This document shows, piece after piece, positions 1 to 11,904 of a stretch of DNA of 64,000 bases. Where the stretch lies: assembly GCA_030390025.1 (NCBI GenBank), contig CM059444.1, forward strand, positions 32,612,001-32,676,000. The letters are read 5' to 3'. Numbering within the stretch: position 1 is the first letter of the stretch; the number at the start of each line of letters is the position of its first letter. The position numbers were made by a program, and so were the translations under genes. The notes under the pieces were generated by a model. It searched no databases. It had not been told where the DNA came from and saw only the letters and a list, made by a program, of their open reading frames with translations. The stretch is from Squalus acanthias. Its lineage: Eukaryota.

Positions 1-993
1 CAAAAGATTTAGCAAAAATGAGAGTGCACGATATGGAGGTAACCTTGCAACATGGGTTGGTAACTGGGTGGGAGGTAGGAGGGAGAGAGTAGGATAAAGG
101 TTTTGTTCTCTAATTGGTACGATATGACAAGTGGTATTCGCCAAGGATCTGTACTGGGGTCTCAGTTTTTCACCATATGTATCAATGACTTGGATGAATG
201 AATAGAGAATTGTATAGGCAAGTTTGCAGCTGACACTAAGTTAGAAGGCACAGTAAGTTGTGTGGATGGAAGCAGGAAGTTACAAAGGGACACAGTCAGA
301 TTAAGTGAGTAGGCAAAACTATGGCAGATGTTGTTCAATGTTGGGGAGGGGGGGTGGAGTGTGAGGTCATCCACTTTGGATCTGAGAAAGACAAATCAGA
401 ATATTTTCTTATGAGAGACTAGGAGCTATGGAGGAGCAAAGGGATCTAGGTGTCCATGTACACAAACCACTAAAAGCACAGGTACAAAAAGTAATCAAAA
501 AGGCTAATGGAATATTGGACTTTATCTCAAGGGGGTTGGATTTCAGAAGTGAGGAAGTGATGCTTAGTTGTACAGAGCCTTGGTCAGACCCCATCTGGAG
601 TATTGCGTTCAGTTTTGGGCACCAAACCTCGGGAATGATACAGTGACCTTGGAAGGGGTACAGTGCAGATTGACCAGAATGATACCAGGGCTTAAAGGGT
701 CAAAATGCAAGGGCAGGTTGTATAATTGTTTTTTATTTCCTTGAGTTTAGAAGGGGTAATCTAATCGAGGTGTTTAAAATGATGAAGGATTTGATAGCGT
801 AGATATAAAGAAACTATTTGCTCTGGAGGGGGATCCAGAACAAGGCATAATCTTAAAAATTAGAGCTAGGTCACTTAGGAGTGAAATCAGGAAGCCCTTT
901 TTCCACACAAAGGGCAGTGGAAATCTGGAACTTGCTTCCCCCAAAAGGGTGTGGATGCTGGGTCAATTGAAATTTTCAAGACCAAGATTGATA
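1..993 (+). mobile_element. Degraded CR1-clade LINE, RT C-terminal part and 3' region
   Basis: Broken frames encode QGSVLG...IYINDLD...KFAADTKL and EQRDLGVHVHKPLK...KKANGIL, typical of CR1 ORF2. Confidence 0.85.
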
Positions 994-999
994 GAGCAG

Positions 1000-1320
1000 G
1001 AAGTGGGTCATGGGCAAGAGGAACTCAGAGGGGGCATGAGGGGCAATAGGAGGGAAACTAGATAAAGATGCGAGTTCATGGCTAGGGCAGGGGGGAACCT
1101 TGGGTTGTTGGAAGTTTGGCTTGATGAGCTAGGGAAAGGGACGGATGCGGCAGAGGCAGCTGAACGGATGGTCTCAATCTTGGTGACAAAGAAGTCCATG
1201 GGTTCCTCGCACTTGTTGGAGGTAAGGGTGGAGGGGCAGAGGTCAGGTGTTTAAGAAGATGGTTTGTAGTGGAGAGGAGAAGCCAGGGGTTATTTTTGTA
1301 TTCAAAGATGTTTGAATACA
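1000..1320 (-). mobile_element. L2/CR1-type LINE ORF2 fragment
   Basis: Peptide NPWLL...DFFVTKIETIRSAASA resembles the inter-domain region of fish/shark L2-like LINEs. Confidence 0.6.
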
Positions 1321-2174
1321 ATCCCAAGTTTCAATAAACAACTAAATTTCCATCCTAATATTTCAGTTTATGATAAAGTATTTGAAAATCCCTCCCCAGA
1401 CTATATCAGTTGATGCAGAGCCAAATGTAATCAGATTTAGGGGTGGAAGTGTCAGAATAACAAAATTCCAAGTGTTGCTAGGAGTCTTAATAAACTTGTT
1501 ATGCTTGAGGTTTAGTGTTACATTCACATCACCATAATTATAAGCACAGCACTAGAATCCAAGTATAGACCTGCCAGAAAAGTCTTGTTCTTCAAGGTGT
1601 CAGGAAAAGCAAGACCTCTATAATGTGATTATCTTGCAGTGATTAATGTTCTGTCAGCTCCAGTTGAACAGGAAGCACCAACGTATGCTTCAGAAACTAA
1701 TCCTTACATGAATAACTCCCTCTCTCAATTGAGGAGCATCACATAGCGTTGTCTGAGGGAAGAGGTAGACATGGAAAGGTGTAGTATTTTTAAATGACAG
1801 AGGACAAATACAAAATAATGTTTTTAGTTATATGTCATTATTTCCGTCATCAGTATTGCTTAAGCAATCCACTTAACCCTCATGTTTTATGCAATCTGTA
1901 AAAGTCACGCATCATATTAAACATAACCAACTGATTAGTGATTCTTTCCTGGAATGGAGCATTTCATTGTATTTGGCACACAAAGTGATTCCGTGGAGTT
2001 GCTTAGTGACTGTGTGTTATTATACTGCCACAAACAAACATAATACGACAGGCATAGAAAGAAGCAAATTTAACAGAATGTTAGAAGATGCAATAACAGT
2101 TTCCCTGCATGCAGATCTGCACACAGTTAATAGCACGTTGAAAAGGTTACCTTTTAGCATGCCCCAGTTTCAAT

Positions 2175-2942
2175 AACGCGGATTTTGTGGTAAAAATAAC
2201 AGTGAGGCTATCAGCGCTCACCATTATTGAAGTGTAAATTGGACAGCCACATCCGGCGCCGCACATGTGCAGTTAAATGTGGATATCAGGAAGTTGCTGT
2301 CCGAGATGCCCTGCTCCTCCAGAAGCTTCGCTACACTGGTATCTCGCCGAGAGACTCGGCACTGAAATACATGGAACAGCATGAAGTTGCTGTATTTATG
2401 TGACAGATACCCACTAAACTTGCCAGAAAAAGTTAGGGCTTGTCCATTCTAGTATATGTCAATTTTTAATGATGTAATATGTCTCAATTATTGCCAAACA
2501 ACCTTTCTGGCAATGAAAATTAACTTTTACAAGTGTGGAGTCTCATTCCTTCAGATTTTAATTATTGTTGGATATTTATAAAAATAAATTTTTTAATTCT
2601 TTTTAACTTTTTCTTTCTGTCTCTTACTCCCATCTTTCTTTCCCTCTTTTTATTTCACTTTCTGTACATGATTTGGCATTGAATTAACTATTCTAACTTA
2701 CACTTCTTGGTTCGAACTCTGCGCTGCTCAGTAACAATTCTTCAATCTGATTGGTTACGGAGATACACAGTTACTTGCCCTGTTCACAAAGGTCCCAGAT
2801 CCCCTGTAGGGGGCGCTGCGCCGAAATGGCTTTCTAATCACCACAAGCTCCAGTGCAAAACCCCACAGAAAGTCTGTGGGCAAGTGTTAGTGTAATGAAC
2901 GGCTGGCGTTGTTCATTCGCTGCTGAGCGTAAAATCCAGCGC
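2175..2942. mobile_element. Putative non-autonomous PIF/Harbinger-type element (MITE-like)
   Basis: Ends gcggatttt... and ...aaaatccagc resemble the GGGCTGGATTTT-type TIRs; CpG-containing subterminal parts around an AT-rich core. Confidence 0.45.
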
Positions 2943-3095
2943 TTTGTTTTACAATGAGTGAGCAGAGAACCCGATTTTTAATTGCTGTAATCCACCTTAC
3001 TAAAAATCCTGATTCACCTCGTGAACACTGAACTTTATTTTATTACAAATCATAACATCTATATCTTTCATACACTCCTGATGACATTTGATTTA

Positions 3096-3155
3096 TACAA
3101 GTCTACACTATGGAGAAATGACACCTACAAGTCTACACTATGGAGAAATGACACC
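3096..3155 (+). repeat. Perfect 30-bp tandem duplication
   Basis: tacaagtctacactatggagaaatgacacc occurs twice head to tail (3096-3125, 3126-3155). Confidence 0.95.
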
Positions 3156-4241
3156 TTCTGATCCTACCTGTGAATTACGCTTAGCTTGTGCCTTTAAAGC
3201 TTAAGTGACCTGGCGAAGTTTTCATTTTGACTGGACAGTCCTTATCTACTCATGCAGAGCATACATTACCTGCCTAACAAACTGCTTCAAATTCGCTGCC
3301 ACACCACCAAAATGTTTGACATTTCAGTGATGGCAGAAGACACTGCTGGATTAATTTAACACGGTGGTTTGCAAGTATACACAATGTTGTCAAGATCAGT
3401 TTTAAAAGACTCTTTATTCTATGAACAAGAACTTATTAGGAGTGAACACAGACAAAAGGTTTTGTTCTAGTGAAAAAAGTTTCATCAGAGGAAGGTCACA
3501 TTGGTTTCAATAAAAATCAGTAAGTACTGTTACATTAGTAATGAGCCTAGATCCTAATTCACTTCATAAAAAAGCTTGCTTTTCTACTTTGTACACATTA
3601 CTGCTGGGAAGGAAACAAATTCTGTGTAGATGTAGCCTGCTGAGTTATTTTGTGGGAAAGAGCTCGAGAAGTAATTACTGCTATCAGGCCCCACAGTAAA
3701 GTAATTAAATGTTGACCTCTACACGTACTTATGGGAAAATATAATACAGAAGAATTCATGTTATGAACAGATCAATTGATAAATATGAAACTTGATTGTG
3801 TTTTGGGGGTGACGGATGTTATTATTTTAGGGGTTATTTTCTAGAAAGAAATTATTTCATATAAATTCCCTGCTTGACCTGTGCGTGCTTTTGGGAAAAA
3901 AATATATTGCAGGTTGTTGTGAAAAATATAACCCTGGGTAGCAGCAACTAAATTACTTCCAGGTGAAAAATAATTACTCTTAAATAATGTCATGGTACAC
4001 CAAAGGGTAATATGGTATCAACAGCTGATATATGTCCTGTACTGCCAGTCCTTGCAATATCTGGCCCATCAGTTTCTCTCCCTCCTCATGTCCTGCAGTT
4101 CACTCACAGTGAATTATACAGACTGTTCTCATCAAATTATATAAAAAGACAGGTTATATTGAGAACAGTGTATTAACCTTTATTTTTCTAACACAAATTT
4201 CAGATGTTGAAGAACATGGTTTTACATGATTGTATGTAAAC

Positions 4242-4268
4242 ATATATGTATATATATATATATATATA
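4242..4268. repeat. (TA)n microsatellite
   Basis: atatatgtatatatatatatatatata. Confidence 0.9.
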
Positions 4269-7055
4269 CTTAAAATGGTTCTGCAGTTTACGCGGTTACT
4301 GCAGAGAAATCACACTGTTTCACCAGAGATTGGAATTGCAGTAATGAACCCAGTAAAATAAGCCCAAACTTCAGTGAACAAGAAGGTTAACAACATCATA
4401 TTCCCATATTCATGTTAAAACACTTGGCAAAAGGAATGTATAAAGCTTCGGACAATTTAATGCTCTGTTCAGATCAACAACCCTTCCTAAACACTAGAGC
4501 CCCTTACACAAGTATCAGCTAAAACAAAAGTTGACTGTGAATCTCAGGTACTGCAGTGTAAAGATAGTCTATTTTCTCACTACAAAGTTAGATTAAAAAC
4601 TCAGAATAAAGCACTTGTTTGTTAACAACAGAACTGACCTTTAGACTGTGCTAACGATTAAAGATTTTTTTTGTAAAGTAATCCAGGCTGTCTGAAGAAA
4701 ACAGCTGTTTAAAAAAATAGTTCAAGAGATGCATTACCAGCCCAGTGACACACTGAGTTGGTTCACTAACACTCTACGCACTCGGGGGGAAAAGAAGGCA
4801 GCTTTGCAGCCACAATTCTCCAGCATGGCAAGTTCCCAATTTCAAATGATTCCTCGGGAGGTGGTGGCCAGGCAATGGGGAAAGAGATCATTCAGTAAGA
4901 GTATCACCTTGGGTCACTCTTGCTTTGGAGATTTTTACCCGGCTACCTTCCCAGCTCAACAAAGGTTTGTGGGGGACCTAAACTGGGCATGATTGGTGGG
5001 GGGGGGGGGGGGGGGAAGCAAGTGGAGCAAAGAAATAAACTCGCAAATAAATAAATTACAGTACATCCAAAGTATATTAGATCCTTCTGACTTAATTGGC
5101 TTGGGTACAAATACAAATCTCTTTATAAATATGACTGCACTGTACACATACAGTACATTATTCTATAGTAAGTACACCATCTTGACATATTATTTGGCTA
5201 TTCATGAGAAAAGCAGAAGCGTGCAGTTAGGAAGTTATTGACGTTGACAAACCATCGGCTAAATGATTGAGCATAGATAAAAGCCTTTAACTATGTTGAC
5301 AGTATCCAGGACAAACATGTGCCCCTAGAGAATTGCTTTTGATCAAGATGATCTAATTCAAATCAGCCGAAATCTATTATTCATGATCTGGCAGGCCACT
5401 GCTATTAATCACATCTGTTTGTTACACCATTAAACATACTGTGGAATCATTTCATCTAATAAACAAATCAAGATGTGTGATGAAAAATGAATTCATTAAT
5501 CCAAATGACTGTTGTGCTCCATCACCTTATAATCTTTTGCTCTCTAATTCAGCCATATTCACTTTTATAGCAGGTTGAATTGTTTATAGAAGAGCTAGAA
5601 ACACATTTTGAGGACTCATTAAGGACTGTGTTTATGATTTGTGAAAAAAATGTATTTCACATTGACAGATCCTTTTCTGAAAAGAGATTCTGCAATTTCA
5701 TAATATCATTACAGAACACAACAAAACCAATTATTAGCACTTCTCAAAAAGTCCCCATTTACAGGACTTTCTAATTTCTAAATTCCAATCTTCTAATACT
5801 ATTAGTAAAGCAGATTAAATGCTACAGTTTAGCATTTATTTAAATGCAATAAATGCTATAAGGTTAATGACAAGGAACAAAAAGCGTATTTGAATTATAT
5901 GCCAATGTTAATGGCGCTCAACAAGCACGCAGAGATTCCTGACAGCAGTGTCAGTACTGTGTACCAGTATACAGGCATGTGGCTAGGCAAATGCAGAAAG
6001 AAAAATCAGCAAGTGTCAGGATCACTGTACTTAAAAGTGAGAGCACCCAAGGGTGAGCTTGGCCCGTCTCAGCTGATTCAGGTGGAGGGAGGAAAGGGAG
6101 GTAAAATAATCTGGTCTATGGGAAGGGATCACTTTTCTGAAGCGTGCCTCCTGGCAACGTAACCAAGAGCTGCTACTGTTGGGAGTCCATGGACCAATCC
6201 ACATGGCTGGATTGTCCTGCTTTCCAAAAGGAAAAGTTTGCATGGTCTTGGGAGGTTAACATTAGGACTGGACAGGTTAAAAAAAGGTTAAAATATGGGG
6301 ATTTTTTTTACAAGATACACAAACAGTCAATGAAGCACAGCAGCTGGAAGAGATCACATCGTAGAATGCAGGAAGTGGATATCATGAGGCTCTCTGAATC
6401 TTGAAAGGGATGACATGCAGGAGAACAAGCAGCACTCCAATCCAAATTTCAGCAACAGTTCTTCATGAGAGTGCTCCAAGATGCAGACATATGCTGTGCT
6501 TAAACCAGTGCAGTATTTTCCAGCCCTAAAGCAGGAAATGCAAAAACTGTGCAGTCACAGACAGTTGACAGCAAGGAACACTAAAGTGCCTTTTGAACCA
6601 GATCCAAAATATAGTTCCCCATTTAAAACATCTCTAAAATTTCACAGTATTGTACTCCATCCAGTACCCTTTTGTCCTCATATATGGAATGAGCCAGGAT
6701 TGTTTTCTGGAACATCCACATAATTCTGAGTGTTCAAAATGAAATTATGGAACTTCAAGGAACAGAAACTGTTTTATTAATCCCACAGGTTACTGTGTGG
6801 ACAAGTAACCAATTATAAGTTACGGCGAAGCAGGAAGTTATCAATTATTACAACTGTGAAATAGATTAAAATGGAAGGTTGCATGTTTTTGTAGTTTTGG
6901 CCATTAGCTTCCATTTTACAATTTCATTTAAGTAACATTACATAATCAAATAGTACAGTATAGTGACCAACCTCTAATTTACCCAGCAATCATCACAGAG
7001 GCAAAAAAGGAACCCGTTCCCAAAAATTTTATTAACTATTGCAACAGTAACTTAC

Positions 7056-7147
7056 CTCAAATTCTTCAGAGAATCCATGTTGGTTATTGGTATACAGTTC
7101 ATTGATGTGCTTTACAAACTGCTTGACTGGAATGGCCTCCATATCAT
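7056..7147 (-). CDS. PTPRG: PTPRG wedge-region exon preceding PTP domain D1 (human exon 16 equivalent), 92 nt, phase 1 to 0
   Basis: ccttgcag|AT GAT ATG... encodes [31 protein letters not shown]; donor GAG|gtaagt. Confidence 0.98.
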
Positions 7148-7742
7148 CTGCAAGGAAAGAACAAATAAAGATGTTGCTAGGTAACTAACACAATTACAGC
7201 AGAGGTGCACATAAGTTTGATCCAATTCATTTTTTTTCATGCAAAAACCTTAACTGGTGTTACTTGTATGCAAGTCTCAAAAATGCTTTAGACTTAACTA
7301 ATGTACATAAATCAGCTTTGAAAAAAACTAATCAAAATGCAACACATATGGCAAACCAGAACTGCTCTGGAATTACATTCTAATGAATACATTTGGGTGG
7401 GAATGAAGAGCTTTAATTATTTATTTAATATATTGAGACCGAAAGCACACCTGAGCTCAACATGAGGTAATAAATCCAATATTAGCTTTGTTTCCTTGGT
7501 GACAAAACAAACTTTTTTTTGTATATTCTGAATAATTTAGCAATATGGTCTGATTTTAGAGGCAGAAAATTAAATTCAGTGCAATATGAATCATATAGCA
7601 AGAAAAGTACCACAGGAAAGGAGCTAAAGTCACTGGTTGTGGAAGGATACCACGACCCAAATAAGAAACTAGAACAGGCATAACAACAGAAAACGCTGGA
7701 AAAACTCAGCAGGCGAGGCAGCATCCGTGGAGAGAGAAACAG

Positions 7743-7778
7743 AGTTAACGTTTCAGGTCGAGACCTTTCATCAGAACT
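7743..7778 (-). ncRNA. Minimal type I hammerhead ribozyme (Penelope pLTR), sense to PTPRG pre-mRNA
   Basis: AGUU-CUGAUGA-A-AGGUC(UC)GACCU-GAAA-C-G-U-U-AACU: intact core, stem II, loopless palindromic stem III, 4-bp stem I. Confidence 0.75.
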
Positions 7779-8047
7779 GGAAACAGCTGGAAATCAAATA
7801 GATTTAAGGCAAGGATAAAGCTGGGAAAAGGGGGCGAGGATGAAAGAACAAAAGGAGAGATTAAGAGACATTAAGAGATATTCAAGGCAAGAGGTGGTGT
7901 TAATGTGACAGGTTAAGGCTAAAAGAAGTGTGAAATGCACTGGCAGAATGAAGGACAGCTGCCAGCTTCTAGGAGGGAAAAAAAAGGGGGGGGGGCAAAC
8001 AAAAGGGTGGATGAAAAAATAAAATATAAATGTGATTGAGGCTGAGG

Positions 8048-9133
8048 TTATGATCTAAAATTGTTGAACTCGATATTGAGTCCAGAGGGCTGTAACGTGC
8101 CTAAATGAAAGATGAGGTGCTGTTCCTCGAGCTTACGCTGCGCTTCCATGGAACAGTGTAATAGGTCGAGGACGGTGAGGTCAGAGTGGGAGTGAAGCGG
8201 TGAATTAAAGTGACAGGCAACCGGGAGCTCGGGGTCCCCCTTACGGACTGAACGGAGGTGTTTCGCAAAGCGGTCACCCAATCTGCGTTTGGTCTCCCCA
8301 ATGTAGAGGAGACCACATCGTGAGCAGCGAATACAGTATACTAAATTGCAGGAAGTACAAGTAAATCGCTGTTTCACCTGGAAGGGGTGTTTGGGGCCCT
8401 GGACAGTGGGAAGAGGGAAGGTATAAGGGCATGTGTTGCATCTCCTGCGCTTGCACGGGAAGGTGCCGGGCGAAGGGGAAGGGGTGCTGGGGGTGGTAGA
8501 GGAGTGGACTAGGGTGTCGCGGAGGGAACGGTCCCTGCGGAATGCTGAAAGGGGAGGTAAGGGGAAGATGCGTTTGGTGGTGGGATCACGCTGGAGGTGG
8601 CGGAAATGGCGGAGGATGATCCGTTGAATGTGAAGGCTGGTGGGGTGAAAGGTGAGGACAAGGGGAACTCTATCGTGGTTCCGGGAGGGAGGGGCAGGGG
8701 TGAGGGCAGAAGTGTGGGAGATAGAACGGACACGGTCGAGGGCCGTGTCGACCACGGTAGAGGGGAATCCTCGGTTGAGGAAAAAGGAAGACATGTCGGA
8801 AGCACTGGTATGGAAGGTGGCATCATCAGAGCAGATGCGGCGGAGACGGAGAAACTGGGAGAATGGAATAGAGTCCTTACAGGAGGCGGGGTGGGAGGAA
8901 GTGTAGTCCAGGTAGCTTGTAGTGAATGTTGGTCAATAACCTATCCCCAGAGATGGAGACGGAGAAGTCGAGGAAGGGAAGGGAAGAGTCGGAGATGGAC
9001 CATGTGAAGGTGAGGGAAGGGTGGAAATTGGAAGCATAGTGAATGAAATGTTCTAGTTCAGGGCGAGAGCAGGAGACGGCACCGATACAGTCATCAATGT
9101 ACCGGAAAAAGAGGTGAGGGAGGGGACCCGAGA
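8048..9133 (-). pseudogene. 5'-truncated Penelope RT/GIY-YIG ORF with a small frameshifting deletion near 8915
   Basis: ORF 8048-8794 is intact to the stop (...GLNIEFNNFRS). The upstream frame LFRYIDDCIGA...NIHYK is offset from YLDYTSSHP, so the expected PTDSH-type residues are missing. Confidence 0.85.
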
Positions 9134-9687
9134 AGGCTGCTCATATGTGGTCTCCTCTACATTGGGGAGACCAAACGCAGATTGGGTGACCGCTTTGCGG
9201 AACACCTCCGTTCAGTCCGTAAGGGGGACCCCGAGCTCCCGGTCGCCTGTCACTTTAATTCACCGCTTCACTCCCACTCTGACCTCACCGTCCTCGGCCT
9301 ATTACACTGTTCCACGGAAGCGCAGCGTAAGCTCGAGGAACAGCACCTCATCTTTCATTTAGGCACGCTATAGCCCTCTGGACTCAATATCGAGTTCAAC
9401 AATTTTAGATCATAACCTCAGCCTCAATCACATTTATATTTTATTTTTTCATCCACCCTTTTGTTTGCTCCCCCCCCCCCTTTTTTTTCCTTCCTAGAAG
9501 CTGGCAGCTGTCCTTCATTCTGCCAGTGGATTTCACACTTCTTTTAGCCTTAACCTGTCACATTAACACCACCTCTTGCCTTGAATATCTCTTAATGTCT
9601 CTTAATCTCTCCTTTTGTTCTTTCATCCCCTCCCCCTTTTCCCAGCTTTATCCTTGCCTTAAATCTATTTGATTTCCGGCTGTTTCC

Positions 9688-9723
9688 AGTTCTGATGAAA
9701 GGTCTCGACCTGAAACGTTAACT
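9688..9723 (+). ncRNA. Minimal type I hammerhead ribozyme (Penelope pLTR)
   Basis: agtt ctgatga a aggtc tc gacct gaaa cg tt aact, the mirror copy of 7743-7778. Confidence 0.75.
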
Positions 9724-10389
9724 CTGTTTCTCTCTCCACGGATGCTGCCTCGCCTGCTGAGTTTTTCCAGCGTTTTCTGTTGTTATTTCGGATTTCCAGC
9801 ATCTGCAGTATTTTGCTATCGAACTAGAACAGGCAGTTTACCACAATCTTCTGTCATAAATTTCCCCATGCAGAAAATAAAAATGCCTCAGCTTCATTGT
9901 TTTAGCCATAAAAGCAAACTGAGGGAAAGGAAAATTTACAGGGAAAAATGTAATGCCTTAGCATCAAACGTTAAAAAAATCAGAAGCATGTTTATAGGAA
10001 TTGTATTAGGAGTTATTTAAAAGAGGAATTAGAGGTAAAATCTGCAATTTGACATTCTGCAAAGGTTAAAGCCATTTTCTTAACTGACATTTAAAATAGC
10101 AAAGATTTGTGAGCATTTGAGTGATAGGGTAAGCTAAGACCACTAGAAACATGAAAAAAAATAATAGAAATTAAACCTTCCGTGAGGAGGAGAGTCTACG
10201 ATCACCAGCACTGACAGATTTGAAACGTTGCGTCTCGTGCCAGTTTCTCAATGTTACCTTCAGGTTCAAATTACTACATCAGATTCTATTTATTGACATT
10301 TTGAGCAGTGGAATGCATTTGAAAGAAAATAATAGATTGTTATTCAATATTTCTAATTGATTAGTGGCAGTGCACTAGGCTTAATTAAA

Positions 10390-10605
10390 AAAAAACAGAT
10401 GCTGGAATTGGAAATAAAAACAGAAATTGCTGGAATGCACACGTCGGTCAATATCTAAAAGAGAGAGATTGAGGTTTCAGGTGGGTCCCTTCATCAGAAT
10501 TTAGGACCCTTTGTCAGAGTTCTCACCAAGCAAATTTTAACCTGTCTTCTCTTCAGATGCAAATTGTTCTGCTGTGTAGTCCCATTATTTCTCCTTTTAT
10601 ACCAG
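10390..10605. mobile_element. Old, degraded Penelope terminal remnant, possibly fold-back
   Basis: cagatgctgg..gaaataaaaacagaaattgctgg...gtttcagg...cttcatcagaa resembles the Penelope end at 7681-7780, followed by a decayed reverse-complement part. Confidence 0.45.
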
Positions 10606-10835
10606 GCTTGTTTAGTTTGATTACCCTCAATATTTGGCTCTCTAAGAAAGGTTACAAGTTTGTACTAAGGCAGGATAAAGAACTTAAAAGATGTATTCAA
10701 TATTAAACTATTCTTATTTGAGGAAACTGATTTTCTTGGAATAATACGTATGAAGATAACGCAATTCAATTCTGAATGCAGCATTTGTATGGCAATATAA
10801 TGGAATTATAGTTGGACCTCCATTATGGCAAAAAC

Positions 10836-11260
10836 ATTTTTATTCGTTCCTGGGATGTGGGCATCGCTGGCAAGGCTAGCATTTATTGCCCATCCCTAAT
10901 TACCCTCGAGAAGGTGGTGGTGAGCCACCTTCTTGAACCGCTGCAGTCCGTGTGGTGAAGGTACTCCCACAGTGCTGTTAGGGAGGAAGTTCCAAGATTT
11001 TGACCCAGCGACGATGAAGGAACGGCGGGCGATATATTTCCAAGTCAGGATGCTGTGTGACTTGGGAGGGGAATGCGGAGGTGATGGTGTACCCATGTGC
11101 CTGGTAGAAGTCACAGGCTTGGGAGGTGCTGCCAAAGGAGCCTTGGCGAGTTGCTGCAGTGCATCTTGGAGATGGTACACACTGCAGCCACGGTACGCCG
11201 GTGGTGGAGGGAGTAAATGTTTAAGGTGGTGGATGGGGTGCTGATCAAGTGGGCTGATCA
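10836..11260 (-). mobile_element. LINE (CR1/L2 clade) 3' end
   Basis: Minus-strand peptide ...SFIVAGSKSWNFLPNSTVGVPSPHGLQRFKKVAHHHLLEGN then the tail gggcaataaatgct...cccacatccc; the same tail recurs at ~25525-25580. Confidence 0.8.
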
Positions 11261-11904
11261 AGATTATTCATCTGCTGATGGATAATGAGAAAAGATGATC
11301 AAGAATCCCCAAATTTTGGTCTTGCGCACATGGCACAAGAATATGCTAGGCAGAGAACTAGTAGAATACAAATACGATCCGTTAAATGTTATCACTCTTG
11401 GACTGTGAGGTTGATTTATGTCATGCAAGGAGATTGGTGGTATCAAGCTGTGGAAAACTTTGACCTGGTAAACTTTTGCCAGCTAATTGGGACGCTGGAT
11501 AACAAGAATACAGATAATGAAGGTTGCACTGCATGAAATGTTATCTCCAAGGGTCCTGTGATAATCTCACAGTAATTGCCTGTGCTTATCTACCCTGCAT
11601 AAAGGTTATGAGGATCTACACAACCAACTTGAACATAATTTGTCTGAGTGCTGAAATTCATATATATGTAATGAAGAAATCAACAGGTGAAATGTCAATG
11701 AAGATTAACAGCAAGAATCTTCTCTCATTAAACCTAATGCAATACAATAAGAATGCAGCTGCTGTAGAATTTCACACCAGTTAGATCACTTGAACTACAA
11801 CCTGAATTTTGAACTTGTGTTGGGAAAAGAATGACTGAAACAGAAAACTCACGTTGTTGGTGGGGGAGGGAAGAGAGAGTTTTCTTCCCTCAATATACTG
11901 CATA

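Larger units (their letters stand above)
7681..9821. mobile_element. Penelope-like retroelement insertion with inverted arms (7681-8328 and 9136-9785) and a 14-bp TSD
   Basis: Minus strand carries the RT motif FRYIDD (~9090-9108), a thumb region, CxxxxCxxC linker and GIY-YIG endonuclease (NLVYCIRCSRCGLLYIGETKRRLGDRF..H). Plus strand 9136-9821 repeats the endonuclease end and 3' UTR. TSD aactagaacaggca at 7667-7680 and 9822-9835. Confidence 0.93.

Noticed and set aside
3096-3155. CRISPR-like repeat
   Set aside because: Only two adjacent 30-bp copies with no spacer, in a vertebrate intron; a simple tandem duplication.
7681-9821. Palindromes as assembly fold-back artifacts
   Set aside because: Both palindromes have matched TSDs, one-sided tails and a few arm mismatches, which an artifact would not be expected to create; long-read confirmation is still advisable.
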